This document shows positions 1 through 10,256 of a stretch of 64,000 nucleotides of DNA, in pieces. The DNA is from Candidatus Poribacteria bacterium (lineage in GTDB: Bacteria; Poribacteria; WGA-4E; JAJDTR01): assembly GCA_965204085.1 (NCBI GenBank), contig CBDBEE010000003.1:387240-451239 (forward strand), given 5' to 3'. A program made the translations under genes and the position numbers. The notes under the pieces are model-generated. The model had not been told where the DNA came from. It was given only the letters and a program-made list of their open reading frames with translations, and did no database searches. Positions within the stretch are counted from its first letter, which is position 1, and every line of letters begins with the position of its first letter.

Positions 1-674
1 CGGAGATGGCGGAGGCACGCGGTCTGAAAATCGTTGTGACTCAACAGTGGCGCTACATGCCGGGACGACGCACGATTCGCCGCTTGATGACGGATAAGGT
101 ATACGGCGAACTCCAAACCGGGCACATGGTGACCTACAAGGCTCGCGGGGGCGAATATCCGGATTCCGAGCACTCGCAGCTTTGGCAGATGACCGTCCAC
201 GAAATTGACGCACTGGTCGCCATGGTGAACCAGAACGTCGCCGAGGTCTACGGACATTCCTACCGTCCGCCTGCGACCACGTGGCGCCGCGAATCGACCG
301 CCACAGCCGAGATTACCTTCGAGAGCGGTGCACGCTTTGTGATTGTTTCCACGTCCGATGCGCGCGCCGAGGGCAACGAGTTCCGAGCCGAATGCGAACG
401 CGGCGCTGTGGTGTTGCACTCTACCGGAGCGTTTGGTGGAGAGGAAACCTTGCTCGTTGGGACGGACCGCAGCGTTGGATTGCAGCCGCTGGAAATTGAT
501 CCCGGGCTGTCCGACGATGAACTTGACCAACACGTTGCCGTGACATTTGCCGATTGGGTGAACGGAGGCCCAGAACCGGAGACCAGTGGGCGCCAGAACT
601 TACACGTCCTGGCTATCCTGAATGCTCTCATCGATTCGGGCGCATCGGGAAGACCGGTAAAAGTGGTAGTTTAG
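1..674 (+). CDS. 3' portion of an oxidoreductase-like gene, tentatively a Gfo/Idh/MocA-family C-terminal domain; the 5' end is cut by the window edge
   Basis: The reading frame is open from position 1 and stops at 672-674. The 222-aa fragment has no obvious N-terminus. The family assignment rests only on general resemblance to the C-terminal alpha/beta domain of this family. Confidence 0.4.
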   Translation, partial: EMAEARGLKIVVTQQWRYMPGRRTIRRLMTDKVYGELQTGHMVTYKARGGEYPDSEHSQLWQMTVHEIDALVAMVNQNVAEVYGHSYRPPATTWRRESTATAEITFESGARFVIVSTSDARAEGNEFRAECERGAVVLHSTGAFGGEETLLVGTDRSVGLQPLEIDPGLSDDELDQHVAVTFADWVNGGPEPETSGRQNLHVLAILNALIDSGASGRPVKVVV

Positions 675-681
675 GTGTGGT

Positions 682-945
682 TTAGCCGTCTGCGGCCGAT
701 TTGGGGTTGGCTGCGTGCCATTCTAAATGTGTCGTAAATGTTTGACTATTTTGACGCACATCTCCAGCTAAGTCATCTACTTTCTTAGCCAAATTGTCGT
801 GTTCCCTTGTCATTTGCGAGCGCAAGTCATCAATGCGTTTATCAATGCCATCAATTCGTTTGTTTATCATGGTAGTTGTTATGGTATTTATCAACGCTAT
901 AATTGTAATTATCACGGCTGGCGGTAACCATGTTTCAATACTCAT
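682..945 (-). CDS. small protein with an N-terminal transmembrane helix and a coiled-coil tail (87 aa), hypothetical
   Basis: The ORF lies inside an AT-rich stretch (about 680-1190) that stands out from the surrounding ~55% GC. The hydrophobic segment is PPAVIITIIALINTITTTMI, followed by a charged heptad-like tail. Confidence 0.35.
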   Translation of the reverse strand: MSIETWLPPAVIITIIALINTITTTMINKRIDGIDKRIDDLRSQMTREHDNLAKKVDDLAGDVRQNSQTFTTHLEWHAANPKSAADG

Positions 946-1190
946 TTCTCAACTTCTTTCGCCACTCTGATAAGTTATAATGTCACGCTGTATTTTAGCA
1001 TATTATCCGTGCTAAACACCAGAAATTTGAACTTACATTACAGCCAACGTAGGTGGGTTAGAAAGCTGATCTACAATCAACTCACAAGCAATGATACCCC
1101 TTCTCTAAGACAATTCATACCCAAACAAAGGAGAGGCGGCGTTCCTCCCAACTATAGGAATACTCATCAGGAATCGCCGCAACTGAATCT

Positions 1191-1805
1191 ATGATTGCAA
1201 TACAGGAAGAAAAAATTTTAAGTGTGATTCACCGGTTGGAAGAGGAAGACACCGAAGATCGACGCATACGCACCGAACAGGGCAAAGATCCGAACCGAGA
1301 ACCGATGTTAACCCTTCACCCTCATTCTGCCCGGCTTTGTCACATCATGGTTCAATCCATCTGCGCCAACAAACTGGTAGAAATTGGCAGTTCATACGGT
1401 TACTCCTCCGTGTGGCTGGCTCACGCCGCGCGTATCACCGGCGGACAGTTTACCTCCCTAGAGGTGAATCCGAAGTTGGTTGAAATCGCAAAGCAAAACG
1501 TGGCGGAAGCCGGCCTAACGGATAACGTCTCCTTCATTGCGGGAGATGCACGCGAGACAATGACCTCCGTGGAAGGTCCCCTTGACTTCGTGCTGCTAGA
1601 CTGTTGGGAAGCGTTGTATGTCGAACTTCTCGACCTTATCGCTGCCAAATTACGTCCCGGCGGACTGCTAGTTGCGGACAACGTGATTCCCGGTAGAGAA
1701 GGATCGGACGAGTACATCCAGGCATTGACGGATCATCCCCTGATGGAAACTGTCAGTGTTCCAATCGGAAAAGAGATTGAAGTCAGTGTAAGAAGACTCG
1801 AATAA
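1191..1805 (+). CDS. class I SAM-dependent O-methyltransferase (family 3, caffeoyl-CoA OMT / YrrM-like)
   Basis: ATG at 1191. The SAM-binding block VEIGSSYGYSSVWLA is present, along with acidic motifs typical of O-MTase family 3 (LDFVLLD, LLVADNV). Confidence 0.8.
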   Translation: MIAIQEEKILSVIHRLEEEDTEDRRIRTEQGKDPNREPMLTLHPHSARLCHIMVQSICANKLVEIGSSYGYSSVWLAHAARITGGQFTSLEVNPKLVEIAKQNVAEAGLTDNVSFIAGDARETMTSVEGPLDFVLLDCWEALYVELLDLIAAKLRPGGLLVADNVIPGREGSDEYIQALTDHPLMETVSVPIGKEIEVSVRRLE

Positions 1806-1952
1806 GCTGAGTGGGGTTCAGACTATCTGACGAAAGCGGCTAGACTGATCGGGTTAAGTTTGCATATTCAAACGTCAGAGAGCCGTTGCAGGAGCGATCA
1901 GACCGACGAAGGGTGACTGCGATAAAATTTTCATGGAACACAATCAACCCCA

Positions 1953-2630
1953 TTATTGAGCCGATTCTACGCCCTCAAACGGGCACTCATTCCGAAGCAC
2001 ACACACCTCGCAACGCGGTGTCTTTCGACATATTCTAGAGCTGTGACGGTCAATTAGTGCATGAAATTCGTTAAACAAACGCACGTCATGAGGGAGTGCA
2101 TCCATAAAGATTCCTTGGAGCTTATTATAGTCGTACTTTCCCCCTATCCAGCCCAATCGAGAGAGCAAACGATGCGTATAAGCATCAATCACAAAGATTG
2201 GCTTCTCCGCCGCATAGAGTATAATGGAATCGGCGGTCTCATTCCCGATTCCATAAATCGACAGCAACTCCTCCCGCAACGTTAGCACGTCGGCGGCAAA
2301 CAATGAATCCAGCCGATAGCGGTGGTGTACCTTCAAATGCGTCAAGAATGCTCTTAGCTTCTTCGCTTTGACGCGGAAATAGCCGGAAGGACGCACGAGT
2401 TCCTCCAATTGCGGCTGCGGAATCGCCCCCAGCTTTGAAGGTGTTAGAAGATTCGCGTCCCTCAGATTATTGATAGCTTTGACCACATTTCGCCATGCGG
2501 TCGATTGCACCAAGATGGCTCCGACAATCACCTCGAATGGTGTTTCTGCCGGCCACCACGCCTGCGAACCATACGCCGATTTAAGCTGATCATAAAGTTT
2601 CAGCAGCTTGTCTCGCGTCAGTTCGTTCAT
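1953..2630 (-). CDS. HhH-GPD base-excision DNA glycosylase (endonuclease III-like) with a C-terminal 4Fe-4S cluster loop
   Basis: ATG at 2630 with an AGGAGTT Shine-Dalgarno sequence. The helix-hairpin-helix/Gly-Asp region is LLSIYGIGNETAD. The C-terminal spacing C-x6-C-x2-C-x5-C (CRKTPRCEVCVLRNEC) fits the FeS loop. Confidence 0.75.
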   Translation of the reverse strand: MNELTRDKLLKLYDQLKSAYGSQAWWPAETPFEVIVGAILVQSTAWRNVVKAINNLRDANLLTPSKLGAIPQPQLEELVRPSGYFRVKAKKLRAFLTHLKVHHRYRLDSLFAADVLTLREELLSIYGIGNETADSIILYAAEKPIFVIDAYTHRLLSRLGWIGGKYDYNKLQGIFMDALPHDVRLFNEFHALIDRHSSRICRKTPRCEVCVLRNECPFEGVESAQ

Positions 2631-2651
2631 TCAAACTCCTGGGTATAAACT

Positions 2652-3884
2652 TTACGAATTGTGCACCTTTTCCGCCGCACCGGTATCAACTGCAACCACT
2701 CCTTCGTACAATCCCTGCAGTTTTTCCCCAATTCGCCGCCAATCGTATTCGGCTTCGACACGCCGCCTTCCATTTTCTCCAAGTTTCCGCCGCGTCGATT
2801 TGTCTTCCATCAATTGGACAACGGTATCGGCAAATTTGGTTGGCTCGTCGGCAATCATAATCTCATCCCCCGCCGTTAAATTCAATCCCTCCGCGCCAAT
2901 GCTTGTCGAAAGCACTGCCTTGCCCATAGCCAATGCCTCCAAAATCTTCAGACGTGTGCCTCCTCCAATCCTCAACGGTACAACATAGACCGTGGCGCGT
3001 GCGATATACGGTTTAACGTCGTCAACTCGGCCGGTGACGACGACTCCGGGACGGTTGCCGTAACGTTTTAAGCGCTCGCCGGGAAACTGTCCGACAACGT
3101 AGAATTTCAGGTTCGGGCGCTTTATGTGAATCGCGGGAAGGATTTCGTCTATGAAGTAGACAGCCGCATCTTCGTTCGGAAACCAATCCATACTGCCCGT
3201 ATAAATCAGCGCTGTCTTCTCTTCAACTTCATGACTTGGCTGGTATAATTCGGTATCAACGCCGTTGGGAATTACGTCCGCGCCAATCCCCGGACAAATT
3301 CCTTCCATGAGCTCACGGTCAACCTCCGATGCACACGCGACAAGGTCAAAACGAGTATTCATAGTGCGCTCAAATTGTCTAAACGCGCACTCCTGCGTCC
3401 AATAAACGCATTTTCGAAGAGGATTTGATGTTTGTTCGCGAAGGCGGCGCCAAATGTGCGAATCAACATTCTGGAGCGACAGCAAACTCTTTGTGTTCGT
3501 TTCAAGGTGATATTGACCAGTATGGAGCATCTCATAGTGAATGAGATCAAAGCGGCTCGTTTTAAGCAATGAATGAAACATTCGCCGAAATGCGGGTACA
3601 TCATACCGTGCAACCGTCAGCGGTTTCCGCTTCAAAACTGCTTGGCTTCCGGATCGTAGGTTGGCAAGTGGTAACCTGGAGGCATGTGGAACAAGATGTG
3701 CTTCAATCCCCAGGCTCCGAAGATACTCGATCCCCTCCCCGTCCGTCGGTTGAGTCTCCAACGCTATAAACGAAACCTGGTTCCTCTGAGCGACCTGTTT
3801 CAACAGATTCAGCACCCGAAGCCGACCGCCGTCAGTCGCCGGAAAAGGAACCGTAATCGATAGGAAAAGGAGTCTCATTGGCAT
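2652..3884 (-). CDS. GT4-family glycosyltransferase (glycosyl transferase group 1)
   Basis: ATG at 3884. The C-terminal GT-B signature is EGFGLxxLEA-like (RIGGGTRLKILEALAMGKAVLSTSIGAEGL), and the N-terminal half is typical of GT4. Confidence 0.8.
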   Translation of the reverse strand: MPMRLLFLSITVPFPATDGGRLRVLNLLKQVAQRNQVSFIALETQPTDGEGIEYLRSLGIEAHLVPHASRLPLANLRSGSQAVLKRKPLTVARYDVPAFRRMFHSLLKTSRFDLIHYEMLHTGQYHLETNTKSLLSLQNVDSHIWRRLREQTSNPLRKCVYWTQECAFRQFERTMNTRFDLVACASEVDRELMEGICPGIGADVIPNGVDTELYQPSHEVEEKTALIYTGSMDWFPNEDAAVYFIDEILPAIHIKRPNLKFYVVGQFPGERLKRYGNRPGVVVTGRVDDVKPYIARATVYVVPLRIGGGTRLKILEALAMGKAVLSTSIGAEGLNLTAGDEIMIADEPTKFADTVVQLMEDKSTRRKLGENGRRRVEAEYDWRRIGEKLQGLYEGVVAVDTGAAEKVHNS

Positions 3885-4064
3885 GCTTCAAAAATTAGTT
3901 TCACATGTTGACGGTGATGTGGAAATAAGATTCAGCTTGCTCCTGCTGTATTGGCAAATTCCACACATTTTATTGCTTCCCTTCTTCCGCTCTTCTGGTC
4001 TTCCTAGTCGATGTAGAGGATAAACTATATTATTCAAGCTCTCGTAGAAACAGGGCTCAAACGA

Positions 4065-4400
4065 TCAATACAATTTGTCTGTCTTTGCCGCCGCAATGAA
4101 GTCGTTACGGTGCAATCCTCGTATTTTGTGAGTCCACCACGTCACCGTAACTCTACCCCATTCCGTCAGAAGTGCGGGGTGATGCCCCTCCGACTCCGCC
4201 AATTCTCCCACCTTGTTCGTGAACGACAGGGCTTGGGGAAAATCGTCGAATTTGAAAGCGCGCTCCAGCCTTTTGATGTTTTCGCGTTCCACAATCTCCC
4301 ATTCCGGCGTCTGTGGAAGATATTCCGCAATCTCCGCCTCCGTAACTTGGGGGGCGTCTCTCCGACATGCGACACACTTCATTTGCGATAACTCAGCCAT
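4065..4400 (-). CDS. phhB: pterin-4a-carbinolamine dehydratase (PCD/DCoH)
   Basis: ATG at 4400, 111 aa. The canonical PCD core is [38 protein letters not shown]. Confidence 0.85.
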   Translation of the reverse strand: MAELSQMKCVACRRDAPQVTEAEIAEYLPQTPEWEIVERENIKRLERAFKFDDFPQALSFTNKVGELAESEGHHPALLTEWGRVTVTWWTHKIRGLHRNDFIAAAKTDKLY

Positions 4401-4732
4401 TATTCTTAGCTCCTATAAATTGTTTAGCGTTTCCACTACTCACACATTTCCGCCAATCCAATTCTATTATCCTAAATCCGAGAAAATTTTTCAACAGATA
4501 TAGGATTTAACGTAGTTCGGTCTTTAGATGGGTCCTATGTGGATGTCCAATTCATGTAAGGACAACCCCCTGTGGTTGTCCTGTCGCTCTGTTTTCAATT
4601 GACTCCACAAACCTGTTGGAAGTATACTCTCTCAACACCGGAATCATCCACGCTGCACATCCAGACTTCGGGCTCGGAAATCCTACCTGGCGTCAACAAC
4701 CAATTCTTCGAAATATAAGGACAAGTTCCCAC

Positions 4733-5779
4733 ATGCCGAATCTTTCAGTACTCATGCGTCATAAACCCTTATTTCTATTTATCATGCTCCTTACCGTAAC
4801 TTACGGCTGCAACAACCAAAAATCCAAGGATGCAAAACCGCGAGAAACTCAAGCCAAGAACGAGAAAATATGGCTATCCATCCTCGGTGGAGCTACGGGC
4901 GGCACTTTTTCCCCCTTTGCTGCCGGCATAGGTAACGTGGTCTCGAAGGCGGAATCCCACATCAAAATCTCTGTCGAAGCATCCGCCGGATCCATTGAGA
5001 ACGTGCGTCGGGTCAACAGTAGTCCAGAATACCTTGGGGTAGCATTTGCTTCAGATGCTTATCTGGGCTATCATGGACAAGAGGTGTTTGCCGAAGAGGG
5101 AATGAAAGAGAACATCCGCGTGGTAACGCTGCTTTATATTGCGTACAACCAGTTTTCCACACTTGCCAACAGTGATGTCCACCAATTTGAGGATATCATC
5201 GGGAGAAAAGTCGCGATGGGTGCGGCAGGTTCCGGATCCGCGCAAACCCTTGAACGACTGGCAACATTGGCGGGAATCCAAGGCAAATATACGCCCATTT
5301 ACAAAGGCGGAATGTCGGGAGGTAACGCCCTGCGAGATGGGCAAGTATCCGGTTTTCAGTGGTTGGTTAGCGCTCCCAATGCGGCGATTCTCGAAGTCGC
5401 CACAATCAAATCCATTCGACTCATCGACTTTGATGTGCCAGCCAAGAAATACGGCTTCTATGAGAAATACCCGTTCTACCTGTCGGGAACGCTGCCGGGA
5501 GGCGTTTACAAGGGCATAGATCAACCAGTCAATACGCTCCTCATGCCAACCCTGCTAATCGCGCATAAAGACACAGATGAAGAGATCATCCACACGATGT
5601 TAAAGCGTGTATACTCAACCGAGGGACATGAAACCTTGGTCCACACCCACCACGCAGCCAAAGACATGACTATGGAAAATGCACCGACGGCATTTGTGAC
5701 TCCCCTACATCGCGGCGCATACCGCTTCTGGAATGAACAGGGGGTCGAAATCCCTGAAGCCGCCCAACCCATTGATTAA
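4733..5779 (+). CDS. TAXI-family TRAP transporter solute-binding lipoprotein
   Basis: The track ORF begins at 4616. An ATG at 4733 is preceded by AAGGA and followed by a lipobox-like signal (LLTVTYGC). The mature protein carries TAXI-type motifs (GGATGGTFSPF, SAGSIENVRRV). Confidence 0.75.
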   Translation: MPNLSVLMRHKPLFLFIMLLTVTYGCNNQKSKDAKPRETQAKNEKIWLSILGGATGGTFSPFAAGIGNVVSKAESHIKISVEASAGSIENVRRVNSSPEYLGVAFASDAYLGYHGQEVFAEEGMKENIRVVTLLYIAYNQFSTLANSDVHQFEDIIGRKVAMGAAGSGSAQTLERLATLAGIQGKYTPIYKGGMSGGNALRDGQVSGFQWLVSAPNAAILEVATIKSIRLIDFDVPAKKYGFYEKYPFYLSGTLPGGVYKGIDQPVNTLLMPTLLIAHKDTDEEIIHTMLKRVYSTEGHETLVHTHHAAKDMTMENAPTAFVTPLHRGAYRFWNEQGVEIPEAAQPID

Positions 5780-5868
5780 AAGCATGTTAACGAATCTCCA
5801 CTGTACCTAGACACCTCAAATAGTCATTGGGATAATTGATAGAACAGGATTTGTGCAGTTGAACACCC

Positions 5869-5902
5869 GGTAGGAGCGATCTCCGAATCGCGACCGCGAT
5901 TC
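5869..5902. repeat. REP-like element: GGTAGG head plus the hairpin GAGCGATCTCCGAATCGCGAC
   Basis: The same unit recurs at 32537-32562 and 49739-49766, with a partial copy at 14849-14870. Confidence 0.6.
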
Positions 5903-6148
5903 ACGTCGTTGATGCACTGTCATTTTAAAGAGGTGTTATCACAACTCATATGACCAAGGAAGGCTTTTCCTCTTAATCCTCAAACAGACTGTTAGCATTT
6001 TCTGTGCGAGTTTGATTAATCATAGTTGGGACGTTCCCCAATCTATGATAAGCCCGCTAATCCGCGACACTCAGATATTCGGCACCCTAAGATCTTCTTA
6101 TCTGCTCTTCCATCCTTCCCCTCTTCCAATCTTCCGTTCCTATGAGAT

Positions 6149-8593
6149 CTAATCACTGAATCGGATTTTTTTGGTTGTAGGCTGCAAGCAGATTTGATCG
6201 TTGCACGCTTGATAATGAAGTTCTAGTTCAAGCGGCACATCATTTTCATCAGATTTTAGCCGGAGCTTCACCGGTATTGTAAACTTCCCTTCGTACACGG
6301 ACAGAGACTCCTCGCTAAAATCGAAATGCACGATTTTCCCTTCGGGATAATCCACCGATACTACCGCTGCAGGTGCCTGCGAATCGAGCGAAACAGAGGT
6401 AGGAATAAGCATATCTTGAGAAGCTGGGTTGGCGTTGATGTGCCAACCCTCGGCAATCTCAAGATGAACCTTTACATCAATAAAACGAGAAGGAGAACCC
6501 TTCCCTCCGCTTGGTAGGATGGATGCGCTAACCTCCACGATTTCAGTTTCAGTGCCGGTAGTTGGAGGGGAAATGTAAGAAGGGATTCGTTGTTGCCTGA
6601 AAATTGGCCGAACGTCCCAATGGCGATTCGCGGCAAGGAGCATGTGCATAAACCCGCCGGAGGATTTCGACATCATGCCCGCAAAATTCTGCAAGGTTTT
6701 CTCCGCTAACTTAAAGTAGTCGAATGTATCGGTTATTTTCGCGAGCGACAAGAGGTTATTCGCGGCGACCGCGTTTCCTGACGGAATCGCTGAATCATAC
6801 GGCTGTTTTGTGCGAACTAGCAGATGTTCCGCCCCCTCCAGCGTAAAATAAAACGCACCGTCCGTGTCATCCCAAAATAGTTCGACCATTGTATCAGTCA
6901 GTGCACGTGCTTCGCTGAGCCAACGTTTATCACCTGTTGCCTGATGCAATCCCAGTATACCGCGAACAAGGAAAGCGTAGTCATCAAGATACCCGTCGTA
7001 TTTGAGCACGCCATCCCGATATGTGTGCATCAGTTGCCCCTTAGCGTTTTTCATCTCTTCAAGAATGAATGTCGCCGCCTGTTCGGCAGCATTACGATAG
7101 CGGGTGTCTTTGAGCACTTCATACCCGAGAGCAAAAGCATCAATCATTAATCCGTTCCAGTTCACAATCACCTTTGTGTCGAGTAGGGGACGCTCCCGTT
7201 TTTCTCGTGCGCGCAGCAGTTTCGTCTTGAGTGGCTCAAGTTGCGCTAAGAATTCTTCTTCGGATTTTCCTTCCGCTTTCGCCGCATTTGCAATCGGAGC
7301 AGGTAAATACAGGATATTCTTGCCTTCGAAGTTCGGTCCTTTCGTCACGCCGTACACCTTCATCAACTGTTTCGACTTCCTCCGACCGAGAACATCGCGA
7401 ATCTCTTTATCTGTCCAAACGTAGTATTTTCCCTCCTCCGCATCGGTTTCGGCGTCGATCGCGGAATAAAATCCGCCCTCTGGCGATGTCATCTCTCGGA
7501 ACGCAAATTCAAAAATTTCTTCGGCCACACGTCGATACAACGGTTTCTGAGTCCTTTGATATGCGAGTAGATAGACCTTAGCCAACTGCGCGTTGTCGTA
7601 AAGCATCTTTTCAAAATGCGGCACAAGCCACCTCGCATCGACCGAATACCGATGAAACCCGCCGCCAATCTGATCATACATCCCGCCGTACGCCATCATA
7701 TCAAGCGTGTGAGTAATCATCTCAAGCAACTGCTCATCTTCTTCGCGGTCATATTCGCTAAGTAGAAGTTCGAGATTCGTCGGCGACGGAAATTTTGGCG
7801 CTTCGCCGAAACCGCCGTATGCCGAATCATAAGTTGACCGCAAAAATTCGACGGCGGATGTGACCAACTTCCGCTCCAGAGGTATTTCCTCTGATCCAAC
7901 AAGGCCCCCGCCTGTCGCCTGTCTGATCACCTCCGTAATCTTCTTCCCATGCTCGACGACCTCTTCCCGCCGATTCGCCCAGTAATCGTGAAGAGTTTTT
8001 AGCACACGCGGAAAACCTGGTCGGTTATGGCTATCCATAGGTGGAAAGTAGGTTCCCGCGTAAAAAGGATGTAGATCCGGCGTAAGAAAGACGGAGTTGG
8101 GCCATCCTCCTCCCCTCGTCATAATCTGAGTTGCCGTCATGTAGATTTCATCAAGATCGGGGCGCTCCTCCCGATCCACCTTGATGTTGATGTACATCTC
8201 GTTCATCATCGCCGCTATATCGGGATCCGCGAACACTTTCCGCTCCATGACATGACACCAGTAGCACGTTGAATAACCCACCGATAGAAAAATTGGTTTA
8301 TTCTCCGCTTTCGCGCGTTCCAACGCGTCCGCTCCCCACGGATACCAGTCCACCGGATTGTGCGCATGGAGCAGAAGGTACGGACTTGTCTCATTGATGA
8401 GTTTATTCGTCCATTTCCATGTGCCATCGCGGTTTTTCAATGCTTGTTCCCCATGCTTATCTGAGGCGGCTGCTGAAACATCGACAATTCCGCAAAAACA
8501 TATAGCTGCGTAGAAAACGATAGGCAGTAAGATCATGCGTGAAACGAAAAGCACGAAGGGAAACTTATTTCGCCAGCCATTTTGTTCTCTCAT
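6149..8593 (-). CDS. thioredoxin-domain protein, YyaL/DUF255-type (thioredoxin-like plus six-hairpin domain), with a C-terminal DsbD-N-like extension
   Basis: ATG at 8593 with a signal/TM N-terminus. The DUF255 signature is PVDWYPWG...[17 protein letters not shown]. The protein is 814 aa, about 130 aa longer than typical YyaL proteins. The last ~130 aa resemble the DsbD N-terminal (DsbC-like) beta-sandwich; this is an inference. Confidence 0.7.
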   Translation of the reverse strand: MREQNGWRNKFPFVLFVSRMILLPIVFYAAICFCGIVDVSAAASDKHGEQALKNRDGTWKWTNKLINETSPYLLLHAHNPVDWYPWGADALERAKAENKPIFLSVGYSTCYWCHVMERKVFADPDIAAMMNEMYINIKVDREERPDLDEIYMTATQIMTRGGGWPNSVFLTPDLHPFYAGTYFPPMDSHNRPGFPRVLKTLHDYWANRREEVVEHGKKITEVIRQATGGGLVGSEEIPLERKLVTSAVEFLRSTYDSAYGGFGEAPKFPSPTNLELLLSEYDREEDEQLLEMITHTLDMMAYGGMYDQIGGGFHRYSVDARWLVPHFEKMLYDNAQLAKVYLLAYQRTQKPLYRRVAEEIFEFAFREMTSPEGGFYSAIDAETDAEEGKYYVWTDKEIRDVLGRRKSKQLMKVYGVTKGPNFEGKNILYLPAPIANAAKAEGKSEEEFLAQLEPLKTKLLRAREKRERPLLDTKVIVNWNGLMIDAFALGYEVLKDTRYRNAAEQAATFILEEMKNAKGQLMHTYRDGVLKYDGYLDDYAFLVRGILGLHQATGDKRWLSEARALTDTMVELFWDDTDGAFYFTLEGAEHLLVRTKQPYDSAIPSGNAVAANNLLSLAKITDTFDYFKLAEKTLQNFAGMMSKSSGGFMHMLLAANRHWDVRPIFRQQRIPSYISPPTTGTETEIVEVSASILPSGGKGSPSRFIDVKVHLEIAEGWHINANPASQDMLIPTSVSLDSQAPAAVVSVDYPEGKIVHFDFSEESLSVYEGKFTIPVKLRLKSDENDVPLELELHYQACNDQICLQPTTKKIRFSD

Positions 8594-8696
8594 TGTTCGC
8601 TTTAATACCTCACCACGAATAATTGTTGGTCAAATGAAACCGAGTTTTTTCCTCGTTCGAGTCACTGCTAACCTCGGCTAACATGGGTGTGTAGCG

Positions 8697-8894
8697 TCAA
8701 TCTTTAGGGGCTTGGTTTGGAGTCATGAGATTTTTCGATTCTCTAACTGCTTTACCCGCACTTACCTCAACAAGCCGACCGTTGAAGGATAGTTCACCAT
8801 CAACACCGGGCAAAAATTCACCGTGCAGAAGGTATCTATGCCCAGCTTTGACATCGGCGGAAAAGGTCGTCCACTCTTGATGCGTACTCGGCAT
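8697..8894 (-). CDS. small hypothetical protein (65 aa), possibly translationally coupled to the upstream lipoprotein gene
   Basis: An ATG at 8894 lies 4 nt after the lipoprotein TGA. The track ORF 8697..8993 shares this frame. A single frameshifted gene cannot be excluded. Confidence 0.3.
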   Translation of the reverse strand: MPSTHQEWTTFSADVKAGHRYLLHGEFLPGVDGELSFNGRLVEVSAGKAVRESKNLMTPNQAPKD

Positions 8895-8898
8895 TGCT

Positions 8899-9264
8899 TC
8901 AGAAAAAGATCGGTGTATTATCCCCCACCGACAAGTCATGTTGACCCGACGACACCAAGATGTCCTCGATAGGTTCATTTCTATCCGTATCAAGTTTCTT
9001 CTCCAAGGCTATTCTGCCATCGATTCGCACCGCAAATTGTTTAATCCTCTGCAGCCAACCACTCTCCGAATCTATCTGGATGGCGGCAAGTTCCGCTCTT
9101 GGGGATGTAGGGGGTTCGTACTTGCCCTTTGACAGAGCAGTGTTTACAATTTTTCCACAACCCATTAACAGCAAACATAGCAAAATGTTCGCTGACAGAA
9201 CAAGCATGCTCGGTTGTCGATTTAACACTTTCGTGACTAAAGCTCTGAAAGCGTGTTGTTTCAT
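8899..9264 (-). CDS. lipoprotein, hypothetical (121 aa)
   Basis: ATG at 9264 with a lipobox (LLLMGCG). The stop is at 8899-8901. Confidence 0.5.
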   Translation of the reverse strand: MKQHAFRALVTKVLNRQPSMLVLSANILLCLLLMGCGKIVNTALSKGKYEPPTSPRAELAAIQIDSESGWLQRIKQFAVRIDGRIALEKKLDTDRNEPIEDILVSSGQHDLSVGDNTPIFF

Positions 9265-9582
9265 TTTTTCCTCCTAATGAAAATCAATCATCCCAAATCA
9301 ACGTACTAATACCCAATTTGAAAAGCGATCTGTAGCAGAGCTGAACAGCCTAGAGCATTGACGGGAATCAACAACCGTCAAATCTGTGCAATCTGTGTAA
9401 TCCGTTTAATCCGTGATTCAGACAATTACCAAAAAGCCCACACCTGAAATCCTCAATCATCAAATCTCCGACATCCCATCTTTTCTTAGATACGATTTTG
9501 ACAGGTAGAAGCCCTGTAGGAACAATCTCCCGATAGCGACTTCATGTAGAATCTTCGATCGTCACACCCTCACTTTCTACCC

Positions 9583-9756
9583 TTATTTGTCCAACTGCAT
9601 CTGCTTCGCAAGATCCTGAACAGATTCTGCAAGCTTCTCGTGCGCATCGGCGATTCTTTCGTGTGCCCGCATCGCCCGCCACACGACGACCACAACAAAA
9701 ATATAAACGGCTATCACGATCAGTAAACAGAGAATTGTTAGTGCGAAATCGTGCAT
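9583..9756 (-). CDS. unlisted small ORF (57 aa) encoding a transmembrane helix plus an amphipathic helix
   Basis: Hand translation of the minus strand gives ATG 9756-9754 (overlapping the upstream stop as TAATTATG). The product is MHDFALTILCLLIVIAVYIFVVVVVWRAMRAHERIADAHEKLAESVQDLAKQMQLDK, ending at TAA 9585-9583. It falls below the track's 60-aa cutoff. Confidence 0.25.
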   Translation of the reverse strand: MHDFALTILCLLIVIAVYIFVVVVVWRAMRAHERIADAHEKLAESVQDLAKQMQLDK

Positions 9757-9758
9757 AA

Positions 9759-9953
9759 TTAATTCCTTTCCGGGGCGTCCGACATCATTGCAGTGCCTGG
9801 TGCAGATACTGGTTGGCGTTTACGTGGAATCGTATTGAGCAATTTTGAACGCGAAAACAGAAGATTATCCTTAAAGACCAAAACAGGTCTCTTTTTCGAT
9901 CGTTCCAAATCACTGAAATAAAACTCACATAACACAACATCGGCTACATTCAT
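9759..9953 (-). pseudogene. PemK/MazF-like toxin, N-terminal half only (64 aa); likely truncated or degenerate
   Basis: An ATG at 9953 lies 2 nt after the antitoxin stop (the track lists a TTG start at 9965). The N-terminal motif DVVLCEFYFSDLERSKKRPVLVF matches the PemK/MazF pattern G-D-[IV]-x-V-x-F-x-P-x-x-G-x-E-x-x-K-x-RP-x-[LV]-V. The C-terminal half of the ~110-aa fold is absent. Confidence 0.4.
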
Positions 9954-9955
9954 AT

Positions 9956-10168
9956 CTATTGCCAAACTTCATCCTCCGAGTCATCTAGCCATTCTTCAAC
10001 CAGATTGGCACTGTGATTTGAAAAAAGCAGTGTCTCTGCTTGATTATGTTGTGCTTTTCGCACTTGCTGTTTATGGCGTTGTTTTATAAACAGGAAAAAG
10101 TCATAAACTTCCTGTTGTGCTTGTTCGGATAAAGATTGCCATTCCTGATTATCAATGGGATCCATCAT
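9956..10168 (-). CDS. small acidic protein, putative antitoxin (resembles DUF2281-type antitoxins)
   Basis: ATG at 10168 with a GGAGG Shine-Dalgarno sequence. The 70-aa product has a QEVYDFFLFIKQRH segment reminiscent of DUF2281. Its stop nearly abuts the start of the downstream toxin-like ORF. Confidence 0.4.
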   Translation of the reverse strand: MMDPIDNQEWQSLSEQAQQEVYDFFLFIKQRHKQQVRKAQHNQAETLLFSNHSANLVEEWLDDSEDEVWQ

Positions 10169-10256
10169 AATCCTCCGTAAAATTATCTATTCAAAGCCTT
10201 CTCCTGAAGCGTCCCATGCTCATCTCATGACTGGCAGCGTGATTTTTGCGAAATTA

